30,383 nt of DNA, taken from a virus. Lineage: Duplodnaviria; Caudoviricetes. Below, one piece after another: positions 23,501 to 30,383 of the stretch. Each line of letters opens with the position of its first letter. Positions within the stretch are counted from its first letter, which is position 1. The notes beneath the pieces are model-generated. The model saw nothing but the letters and a program-made list of their open reading frames with translations. It did not search any database and was not told the DNA's origin. The position numbers were made by a program, and so were the translations under genes. The stretch covers positions 1 through 30,383 of the IMG/VR virus record IMGVR_UViG_3300036987_000270; one strand, 5' to 3'.

Positions 23501-24628
23501 ATGAAGAAGACGCTGGAGATATTCAAGGTGGGCAAACATACCACCGCAAGCGGCCAAACGCTCGAATTTAACGAGGCCGATCTGCAAGCCACGGTCGCGG
23601 CCTATGACCCGCAAAAACACGAGGCCCCCCTGGTGGTCGGACACCCGAGCATCGACGCCCCGGCCTATGGCTGGGTCAAAGGGTTGAGCTTTGCCGAGGG
23701 CGCCATGATCGCGGAACCCGACCAGGTCGACGCCGCCTTTGCCGAGCTGGTCAACGCCGGCCGCTACAAGAAGATCAGCGGCAGCTTCTACACTCCGGAC
23801 GCCCCGGCCAACCCGGTGCCGGGCGTCTATTATCTCCGGCACGTGGGCTTCCTCGGTGCGCAACCTCCGGCGGTGAAGGGGCTGAAAAGCGCCAGCTTTG
23901 CCGCTGCCGAGGAAGGCGTGATCGAGTTCGGCGACTGGGCCGATCAGGTCGAGGCCGGGCTGTTCCGTAAACTCCGGGAATGGATCATCGCCAAGTTCGG
24001 CCAGGACGAAGCGGACAAAGCCCTGCCCGGGTGGGATGTGGATACGGTGCAGACCGAGGCCGCCCAAAGAGAAATTACAGCCGAGGCCACCCCGGTGTTC
24101 ATGGAGGCCCTAACGATAAAGCCAACCCAGGAGGATCAAAACATGCTGACCCCGGAACAACTGGCCGCCAAGGAAACGGCGCTCCAGCAAAAAGAAGCCG
24201 CCTTTGCCGAACGCGAGGACAAACTGCGGCAACAAGAACGGGCCGCGGTTCACCAGGAGCACTGCTCCTTTGCCGAAGGCCTGGTACAGGCCGGCCGTCT
24301 GCTGCCGGCGCTCAAGGAGCAGGCCGTGGCCATGCTCGATTTCGCCGCCCAGCTTGCGGACGGGCAGGTGGTCGAGTTCGGCGAGGGCGACGCCAAGCAA
24401 ACCCTCGCCCTGGGCGAATCCCTTAAAACCTTTCTTGCCGGCCAGCCGCAGATCGTGGCGTTCGGTGAGATCGCCAAACCGGAAGCCAAAGGAGCGACAA
24501 TCGAGTTTGCCGCCGCACCCGGCTACACCGTCGATGCCGCCAGCTTGGAACTGCACAACCGGGCCGTGGCCTATCAGGGCAGCAACCCGGGCACCGATTA
24601 CATGACCGCCGTCAAGGCCGTTCAATAA
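23501..24628 (+). CDS. Prohead protease/scaffold (Mu gpI-like)
   Basis: EIFKVGKH...YDPQKHEAPLVVGHP..DAPAYGWV...GRYKKISGSFY...YLRHVGFLGAQPPAVKGL; GGAGG RBS. Confidence 0.92.
   Translation: MKKTLEIFKVGKHTTASGQTLEFNEADLQATVAAYDPQKHEAPLVVGHPSIDAPAYGWVKGLSFAEGAMIAEPDQVDAAFAELVNAGRYKKISGSFYTPDAPANPVPGVYYLRHVGFLGAQPPAVKGLKSASFAAAEEGVIEFGDWADQVEAGLFRKLREWIIAKFGQDEADKALPGWDVDTVQTEAAQREITAEATPVFMEALTIKPTQEDQNMLTPEQLAAKETALQQKEAAFAEREDKLRQQERAAVHQEHCSFAEGLVQAGRLLPALKEQAVAMLDFAAQLADGQVVEFGEGDAKQTLALGESLKTFLAGQPQIVAFGEIAKPEAKGATIEFAAAPGYTVDAASLELHNRAVAYQGSNPGTDYMTAVKAVQ
24143..24628 (+). CDS. Internal in-frame scaffold protein (Mu gpZ-like)
   Basis: AGGAGG 24129-24134 before in-frame ATG 24143; coiled-coil sequence follows. 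Confidence 0.7.
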   Translation: MLTPEQLAAKETALQQKEAAFAEREDKLRQQERAAVHQEHCSFAEGLVQAGRLLPALKEQAVAMLDFAAQLADGQVVEFGEGDAKQTLALGESLKTFLAGQPQIVAFGEIAKPEAKGATIEFAAAPGYTVDAASLELHNRAVAYQGSNPGTDYMTAVKAVQ

Positions 24629-24659
24629 CCCGTTAGATCGTATCCAAGGAGGATAACCC

Positions 24660-25004
24660 ATGTCACGTCAAGCACAACCCCTGCTCGCCCTCAGTCTCAC
24701 CGCCACCGGCATTATTGCCGAATATAGGTTTGTCAGCACAACCGTCACCCAGGCCGGAGCCGCCGCCAACACCCTCGGAGTGGCCCGGATGGCCGCCGCC
24801 GTCGGCGATGTTATCCCGGTCGATACAGTCGGCACGGCCATTGTCGAATCCGGGGCCGCCATTGCCGCCGGCGCGCTGGTCGAAACCGACGCCTCGGGCC
24901 GGGCCATAACCAAAGCAGCCGGGCCGTCAGTCGCCAGAGTGCTGCCCGGGCAGGCTGCCACCGCCCTCGGTCAGTTCATTGAAGTGCTCCTGATCCCCAA
25001 CTAA
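24660..25004 (+). CDS. Capsid decoration/cement protein (DUF2190-like)
   Basis: Ala/Gly-rich; GTAIVESGAAIAAGALVETDASGRAIT; AAGGAGG RBS; between scaffold and capsid. Confidence 0.8.
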   Translation: MSRQAQPLLALSLTATGIIAEYRFVSTTVTQAGAAANTLGVARMAAAVGDVIPVDTVGTAIVESGAAIAAGALVETDASGRAITKAAGPSVARVLPGQAATALGQFIEVLLIPN

Positions 25005-25036
25005 TCATTTTTTAATCCTTCGCGGAGGTATCGCAC

Positions 25037-25963
25037 ATGGTCATGAACGCAGCAGGAACCAGAGTCATCAATCCTGTCCTCAGCACGATCGCTCAAGGAT
25101 ACAGCCAGGCCGATCTCGTCGGCTCGGCCCTCTTTCCCCGGGTACCGGTGGAAATTTCAGGCGGGCAGATCCTGGAGTTCGGCAAGGAGTCCTTCAAGCT
25201 CTACAACTCCAGGCGTGCCCCCGGCGGTCCCACCAAGCGGATCTCTTTCGGCTATCTGGGAAAACCGTTCGCGCTCTACAACGACGCCCTGGAGGCCCCG
25301 GTGCCCCGCGAGTTTTTGCGGGACGCCAAAGTGGTGCCCGGCATCGATCTGGGTCAGCGGGCCGTCAACCTGGTCATGCGCAGCCTGATGCTGGGGCTGG
25401 AAGTGGAGCAGGCAGCCCTGGCCACCAATGCCGCCCAGTATGACGCCAACCACAAGGTTGTCCTCGCCGGGGTCACCAAGTGGAGCGACCCGGCCTCCGA
25501 TCCCATTGCCCAGATGGAGACCTACAAGGAAGCCATCCGTAGCACGGTCGGCATCCGGCCCAACACCCTGGTACTGTCCGCCCAGGCCTATGCAGCGGCC
25601 AAAACCAACGTCAAGATCCGCGCCCAGTTCCAGTACACCAATGCCGACAGCATTACCCTGGAGATGCTCGCCCGGGTCTTTGATGTCAAAAAGTTGGTGG
25701 TCGGCGAAGCGGTCAGCTCCGACGATGCCGGCGTGATCTCCGATGTCTGGGGCAACAACGCGGTGCTGGCCTATGTTCCCGAAGGGGCCACCAGCATGGA
25801 AGTTCCTTCCTACGGATACACCTACACCATGAACGGCCATCCGCTGGTCGAAGAGCCCTACTATGACGATAACGCCAAGTCCTGGATCTACGGGGTGGGC
25901 TTCGAACGGGTTCCGGTTTTATCAGGGATCACCTCGGGCTATCTGATCCAGGCCGTAAAGTAA
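25037..25963 (+). CDS. Major capsid protein
   Basis: RVINPVLSTIAQGY...LFPRVPV...KWSDPASDPI...GIRPNTLVL...PSYGYTY; synteny. Confidence 0.92.
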   Translation: MVMNAAGTRVINPVLSTIAQGYSQADLVGSALFPRVPVEISGGQILEFGKESFKLYNSRRAPGGPTKRISFGYLGKPFALYNDALEAPVPREFLRDAKVVPGIDLGQRAVNLVMRSLMLGLEVEQAALATNAAQYDANHKVVLAGVTKWSDPASDPIAQMETYKEAIRSTVGIRPNTLVLSAQAYAAAKTNVKIRAQFQYTNADSITLEMLARVFDVKKLVVGEAVSSDDAGVISDVWGNNAVLAYVPEGATSMEVPSYGYTYTMNGHPLVEEPYYDDNAKSWIYGVGFERVPVLSGITSGYLIQAVK

Positions 25964-25978
25964 AAGAGGAGGACGCAG

Positions 25979-26146
25979 ATGCCGAAATACAAGGTTTTGG
26001 AGCCCCTGGGTTATGACCGATGGCCCCCCTACATGCCGGGTGAGGTGGTCGGGATGGAGGAAGGCGAGGCGGCCGAGCTGGTCAAGAGCGGTGTCCTCGG
26101 CCCGCCGCTGCCCGAGAAAACCCGGCGCAAGGAGCTGGAGGCCTAA
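25979..26146 (+). CDS. Small head-associated protein (55 aa; too short for the ORF track)
   Basis: GAGGAGG RBS; MPKYKVLEPLGYDRWPPYMPGEVVGMEEGEAAELVKSGVLG... Confidence 0.75.
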   Translation: MPKYKVLEPLGYDRWPPYMPGEVVGMEEGEAAELVKSGVLGPPLPEKTRRKELEA

Positions 26147-26149
26147 GCC

Positions 26150-26587
26150 ATGCCCTACTGCACCCTGGACGATATCCTCGCGGCCATGCCGGAACAGGAC
26201 CTGATCGAATTGACCGACGATGCCCCCACGGCGGAGATGGTGGATACCTTGCGGGTCGAGGCCGCCATTGCCGGAGCGGGCGAGTTGATCGACGGCTATC
26301 TCCGGGGGCGGTATGTGTTGCCGCTATCCCCGGTGCCGTTGCTGCTCAACACCCTGGCGGTCGACATCACCCGGTACCGGCTTTACGGGCTGCGGATCCG
26401 AATCACCCCGGCGGAGATGGTGGTTCAGAGCTACAAGGACGCCATCAAGCTGCTGGAGCAGATCCAGGTGGGCAAAGTGTCCCTGGGCACGGAAGCCATC
26501 GGGGGCGGGGTTGCCCCTGCAACCGGCGGGGTGCAGGTCACCGCGCCCGACCGGGTCTTTACCCGTGAAAACCTAGGGGATTACTGA
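26150..26587 (+). CDS. Head-tail adaptor, Mu gp36 (DUF1320)-like
   Basis: MPYCTLDDI...LIELTD...IDGYLRGRYVLPL...DITRYRLY...YKDAIKLL..I..GKVSLG. Confidence 0.93.
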   Translation: MPYCTLDDILAAMPEQDLIELTDDAPTAEMVDTLRVEAAIAGAGELIDGYLRGRYVLPLSPVPLLLNTLAVDITRYRLYGLRIRITPAEMVVQSYKDAIKLLEQIQVGKVSLGTEAIGGGVAPATGGVQVTAPDRVFTRENLGDY

Positions 26588-27127
26588 TGCTGGCCCGGAT
26601 TGAAGAGGCGATTGTCGATCGCATCAAGGCCAGGATGATGGTGGCCGCCGGCAAGGTGGCCGTGCAGAAGGGGGGTCGAGGATATCCGGCAGCCCGGGGT
26701 CTATGTTTCGACCGAGACGGCCCGGTTCTCCAAGATCACCCCGACCACCTATCGCCAGGAGCTGACCCTGTATGTGGATATTGTTTTTTCCCATCTGGGG
26801 GGCGAGGGGGAGCGGCGCAAAGGGGTGTATCTTATCCTCGACGGGGTGATCCGGTGCCTGCTGCTGCAGACCCTGGGCCTGGCGATCACCCCGCTGATGG
26901 CCAAGGGGTGGAAGAACACCACAATCGAGGAACTGCGTGACAAGGGATTGATCGTCTACTCTCTGGAGCTACAGACCTCGTACAACCTGACCATGGAACG
27001 GGAAGAGGATGCCACCACGGTCGAGGGAGAAACGCCGGTTGACCTGATGGCCATTGGCCTCAACTACTACCTCAAACCGGGTGATGACCTGGCCGACGCG
27101 GTCGATATCGTCACCCTGGGAGATTGA
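26587..27127 (+). pseudogene. Mu gp37-like tail terminator gene split by a +1 frameshift in a G6 run
   Basis: MLARIEEAIVDRIK...VQKG continues in the +1 frame as VEDIRQPGVYVSTE...YVDIVFSHL...; deleting one G at 26670-26675 restores one ORF. Confidence 0.8.
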
Positions 27128-27129
27128 CA

Positions 27130-27309
27130 ATGCAAGTGCAAGCATCGCCCGGGCTCAAGTGCCCGATGGAAACGGACCCCAGGTCCTATATCGATGACAA
27201 CGCCAAGGGAGTGACGGTGCCAGATACCGCCTACTACCGACGCCTGGTCGATGACGGCTCCCTGGTGATTGTCGCCCCGAAACCAACAGCCCAGAAGGGG
27301 AATGAATAA
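27130..27309 (+). CDS. DUF2635 / Mu gp38-like protein
   Basis: MQVQASPGLKCPME..PRSYI...VTVPDTAYYRRLVDDGSLV. Confidence 0.88.
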   Translation: MQVQASPGLKCPMETDPRSYIDDNAKGVTVPDTAYYRRLVDDGSLVIVAPKPTAQKGNE

Positions 27310-28733
27310 TGGCTTCACCAAACATCACCTTTGACAGCATCCCGGCATCGATCCGCAAGCCGGGCAAATATTTCGAATTCATCACCCGGCTCGCTGTCCG
27401 GACCCTGCCCGCCAATCTACAGAAGATGCTGATCATCGCGCAGCGGATGGCGGCAGGATCGGTGGCGGCCATGGTGCCGACTCAGATATTTTCCGACGCC
27501 CAGGCCGCTGACGCTTTCGGCAACGGCAGTCAGGCGCACCTGATGTGCCGGGCTGCGATCAGCGCCAATCCGTACCTGCAGCTGAGTGTCTGCGCGCTGG
27601 ATGACGGCGCCGGGGTTGCGGCCACCGCGACCGTGACGCTTGCCGCCGCCTGCACCGCCTCGGGGACGCTGAAGCTGTGGATCGGCAACCGCAATGTCGA
27701 GATTGCCGTGACCACGGGGGATGCCAATACCGCCGTGGCTGCTGCCCTCAAAGCGGCACTTGACTTGAAACCCGATCTGCCTGTCTCCGCCTCGGTGGCC
27801 GTCGGCGTGGTGACCCTGACCGCCCGCAACAAGGGTCTGGTGGCCAATCGGATCGACATCGCCTATGAGCTTTCCGCCAAGGGTACCACGGTGACCCTGT
27901 CGGGAACGACCCTCGCTAACGGCACCATCGATCCGGATTCGGCCACAGCCCTGGCGAAAGTGTTCGGCGAGCAGTACGCCATCATCTGCACCCCGTACAA
28001 CGACCAGACCAACCTGACCGCACTGCGGACGCATCTGGACAGCGTCTCCGGAGCGCTCGAACAGCGGCCCGGCGTCGGCATCTACGCGATCGACAGCGCC
28101 CTGGCCGCGGCCACGACCTTGGCCGGCCAGATCAATTCCGGCCGGATCCTCGGCGCCTATCTGCGCGGGACCAAGTCGCCTGATTTCGAGTTGGCCGCAG
28201 CGTATGCCGCCGTGGTCGCCGGCGAGGAAGATCCGGCCCGGCCGCTCAACACCCTGGAATTGACAGGGATCGCGGCACCGGCGGTCGATCAGCGCTTGAG
28301 CCGCACCGAGCAGGAGAGCTGCCTGAACAACGGCGTCGCCCCCCTGGAGGTCGGCCCCGGCGAGCGGGTCCAGATCGTCCGCGCCATCACCACCTACACC
28401 AAGGACGGGCAGGCTATCGCCGATATCTCCCTGCTCGACCTGACCACGATCCGGACTCTGGATTATGTGCGCAAGGCTTGCCGCGAGCGGATCAGCCTCC
28501 GCTTTCCCCGGGAAAAACTCTCCGGACGGACTGCGGAACGGGTGCGGACCGAGCTGCTCGACGTGCTCCTCAAACTCGAAGAGCTGGAGATTGTCGAGAA
28601 GGTCCTGGCCAATAAAGACGGTCTGCTGGTGGAACGTGATCTCCAGGACCCCAACCGCCTCGATGCCAAGATCCCGGCCGATGTGGTAAACGGCCTTCAT
28701 GTCTTTGCCGGCCGCATCGATCTGCTGCTGTAA
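27309..28733 (+). CDS. Tail sheath protein (Mu gpL-like)
   Basis: ITFDSIPASIRKPGKYFEF...FGNGSQAHLM...DPARPLNTLEL...LNNGVAPL...IVRAITTY...DVVNGLHVFAGRIDL. Confidence 0.95.
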   Translation: MASPNITFDSIPASIRKPGKYFEFITRLAVRTLPANLQKMLIIAQRMAAGSVAAMVPTQIFSDAQAADAFGNGSQAHLMCRAAISANPYLQLSVCALDDGAGVAATATVTLAAACTASGTLKLWIGNRNVEIAVTTGDANTAVAAALKAALDLKPDLPVSASVAVGVVTLTARNKGLVANRIDIAYELSAKGTTVTLSGTTLANGTIDPDSATALAKVFGEQYAIICTPYNDQTNLTALRTHLDSVSGALEQRPGVGIYAIDSALAAATTLAGQINSGRILGAYLRGTKSPDFELAAAYAAVVAGEEDPARPLNTLELTGIAAPAVDQRLSRTEQESCLNNGVAPLEVGPGERVQIVRAITTYTKDGQAIADISLLDLTTIRTLDYVRKACRERISLRFPREKLSGRTAERVRTELLDVLLKLEELEIVEKVLANKDGLLVERDLQDPNRLDAKIPADVVNGLHVFAGRIDLLL

Positions 28734-28759
28734 TCGTCGATTAACGGAGGATTAAAACT

Positions 28760-29119
28760 ATGTCTGAATATGTGACCAAGGTACGACTCGAAATCAATGG
28801 GCGGGACATCGAGGATTTTTCGAGTGTGACCGAGGGAGAGGTCGAGGTGGGCGCCCAGGTCAAGCTGATGAACACCACCGGCCATAGCTCCAAAACGGAA
28901 CGCCCCACGGTGGAAGTTGATTATGTGATCCCGGCGGACAAACCGGAGTTCGACTTCAAAGCGGTCAAGGGCGGCACCCTCACCATCGATAAACAGAACG
29001 GGGTGCGGGTGACCTATACCGGGGTGCATTGCCTCAAGATCGGCTCCAGCAAGTACGATGCCGAATCGGAAAGCACGGTGCGGACCATTTCCTTCGGCGC
29101 CTCGGGCAAGGTGGAATGA
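28760..29119 (+). CDS. Tail tube protein
   Basis: 119-aa beta-rich protein directly after the sheath; GGAGG RBS. Confidence 0.82.
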   Translation: MSEYVTKVRLEINGRDIEDFSSVTEGEVEVGAQVKLMNTTGHSSKTERPTVEVDYVIPADKPEFDFKAVKGGTLTIDKQNGVRVTYTGVHCLKIGSSKYDAESESTVRTISFGASGKVE

Positions 29120-29472
29120 TGATCAAGGCAGCAATACTCCCCGATGGTGTGGAGATAGATGGCAAGACCTACCGCGACTATGAGCTGCGCGAGCAACTCG
29201 TGGTTGATGAGGTCGAGGTGCTGGAGGGTGAAGACGGAGCCAGGGCCATGAAAAGCGAATCCTTTTACAACGTGTGCATCCTGGCCCGGCGGCTGACCCT
29301 GCGAGGGTTGGGACGGGGCATTTCTTCCAGCGAGATGCTGGGGATGACCAGCGTCGATTTTAACCACCTGGTAGCAACGGACACGGCGTTGCAGGCTGAG
29401 AGGGCCTTGTTTCGAAACGCGGCTCAAGCCGCGCCGGATGCTCCATCTGGCACTCCTCAAGCTGGGGTTTGA
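29116..29472 (+). CDS. Tail assembly chaperone (Mu gp41/GpE-like)
   Basis: LPDGVEIDGKTYRDYELRE..V.DE...M...DFN.L; lies between tube and tape measure. Confidence 0.85.
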   Translation: MMIKAAILPDGVEIDGKTYRDYELREQLVVDEVEVLEGEDGARAMKSESFYNVCILARRLTLRGLGRGISSSEMLGMTSVDFNHLVATDTALQAERALFRNAAQAAPDAPSGTPQAGV

Positions 29473-29593
29473 TTCAAGGACGATTGAGGCCATGCCGGAA
29501 GGCGCGGCCAAGGCATATTTTGTTGCCGCCGCCGAGTTGGCGAACCCACCCAAGAAAAAGCAGTACAAGGTGTTAAGGAAGAAAAATGGCTGA
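29411..29593 (+). CDS. Frameshift extension of the tail chaperone (G-T-like), +1 frame
   Basis: Open +1 frame FETRLKPRRMLHLALLKLGFDSRTIEAMPEGAAKAYF...KNG fills the gap to the tape measure; no clear RBS of its own. Confidence 0.7.
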   Translation, partial: FETRLKPRRMLHLALLKLGFDSRTIEAMPEGAAKAYFVAAAELANPPKKKQYKVLRKKNG

Positions 29594-30383
29594 GAACATG
29601 CGGCTCTACCTCGAACTGATGGGAAAATCCGGCAACCTGCGCGGCGAGCTCAACAACGCCCGTGGAGCGGTGTCCCGGTTTTCCTCGGGGGTCAAGAGAT
29701 CGCTGGACAGCATCGGCAACCGTTACGCCACCCTGCTCACCGGCGGCGCCGCGGTGGCTGCGGTGAAAAATATCGGCGACCTGAGCCAGCGATTGACCAT
29801 GCTGGGTATTCAGGCCGGGAAATCGCAAAAGGAGATTGACGGCCTCTATCAAACGGTCCTGAAAACCGCCAACATGCCCGACATCCGGGTCGCGCCAGCG
29901 CAGTTGCTGGATGCGATCGACACCATTGTCGAGAAGACGGGCGACTTTGACCTGGCCACCAACAGTTTGCGCAACATGGGACTGGTGATGCGGGCGACCG
30001 GAGCCGCCGGCAAGGACGTGGGCGACCTGGTTGCCAACATGAAGGAAAAGTTCAATGTGGGGACGGATGCCGAAATGCTGGCCGCCCTGGACATCCTGAT
30101 TAAACAGGGCAAGGCGGGCGCTTTCACCTTGAGAGATTTGACCACCCAGGGCAACCGGGTAACGGCCGCCTACGCCTCCATGGGTGGCAAGGGCGTTGAA
30201 GGCATCAAGCAGATGGGCGCGGTGTTGCAGGTGTTTAGGAAGTCGGCAGGAGGCCCGGAAGAAGCTAGCACGGCCTTTAAAAATATGTTCAGCGACCTGA
30301 TGGAGAAGCAGAAGGTCTTGAAAAAGATCGGCGTCGGTATCTGGGACCCGGCCGAGATGAAAAAAGGACATAAGGTCTTGAAG
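29586..30383 (+). CDS. Tail tape measure protein (5' part, runs off the window)
   Basis: MAENMRLYLELMGKSG...LLDAIDTIVEKTGD...ALDILIKQGKAGAFTLRDL; open to the window end; synteny. Confidence 0.92.
   Translation, partial: MAENMRLYLELMGKSGNLRGELNNARGAVSRFSSGVKRSLDSIGNRYATLLTGGAAVAAVKNIGDLSQRLTMLGIQAGKSQKEIDGLYQTVLKTANMPDIRVAPAQLLDAIDTIVEKTGDFDLATNSLRNMGLVMRATGAAGKDVGDLVANMKEKFNVGTDAEMLAALDILIKQGKAGAFTLRDLTTQGNRVTAAYASMGGKGVEGIKQMGAVLQVFRKSAGGPEEASTAFKNMFSDLMEKQKVLKKIGVGIWDPAEMKKGHKVLK

Larger units (their letters stand above)
1..30383 (+). mobile_element. Mu-like transposable prophage/phage, myovirus type (internal part; both ends lie outside the window)
   Basis: Colinear Mu-type order: transposase, ATPase, gemA, mor, lysozyme, gp25-27-like, terminase, DUF935-like portal, MuF, G, protease, capsid, gp36-38, sheath, tube, chaperone, tape measure. 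Confidence 0.97.

Noticed and set aside
26013-26204. 63-aa ORF from the track
   Set aside because: Wrong frame; the RBS-led 55-aa ORF 25979..26146 fits the gap between capsid and gp36
26587-26940. 117-aa and 26774..27127 ORFs as two separate genes
   Set aside because: Better explained as one gp37-like gene broken at the G6 run
27417-28700. 427-aa minus-strand ORF, and similar ones at 3328-4440, 4640-5695, 6787-7596 and 29457-30371
   Set aside because: Antisense shadows of well-supported + strand phage genes

Overview
The whole window is the interior of a Mu-like (transposable, contractile-tailed) prophage, read almost entirely on the + strand. Gene order: small early regulators; DDE transposase (MuA-like) and AAA ATPase (MuB-like); semi-essential early genes (DUF3164-like, HNH, GemA, Mor); an accessory block (fibre/collagen-like module, REP doublets, small membrane ORFs, c4 antisense RNA with a Rha-family gene); lysis region; head genes (terminase, portal, MuF, G, protease/scaffold, capsid); and tail genes up to a truncated tape-measure gene. 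Neither phage end nor a repressor gene is visible. The most notable non-obvious elements: (1) a MuF protein with a C-terminal PBECR2-like nuclease, no immunity ORF, and instead a two-hairpin element with a perfect 7-bp loop-loop complement and its own antisense sigma70-type promoter (candidate RNA antitoxin); (2) a tandem 27-bp coding repeat whose two copies have different but each perfectly palindromic cores; (3) a type II hammerhead ribozyme abutting a REP doublet; (4) a complete c4 antisense switch over the Rha ribosome-binding site; (5) a probable +1 frameshift at UUU_CGA in the tail chaperone; (6) a G6-run frameshift in the gp37-like gene. Protein family calls come from motif recognition and synteny, not from database searches.
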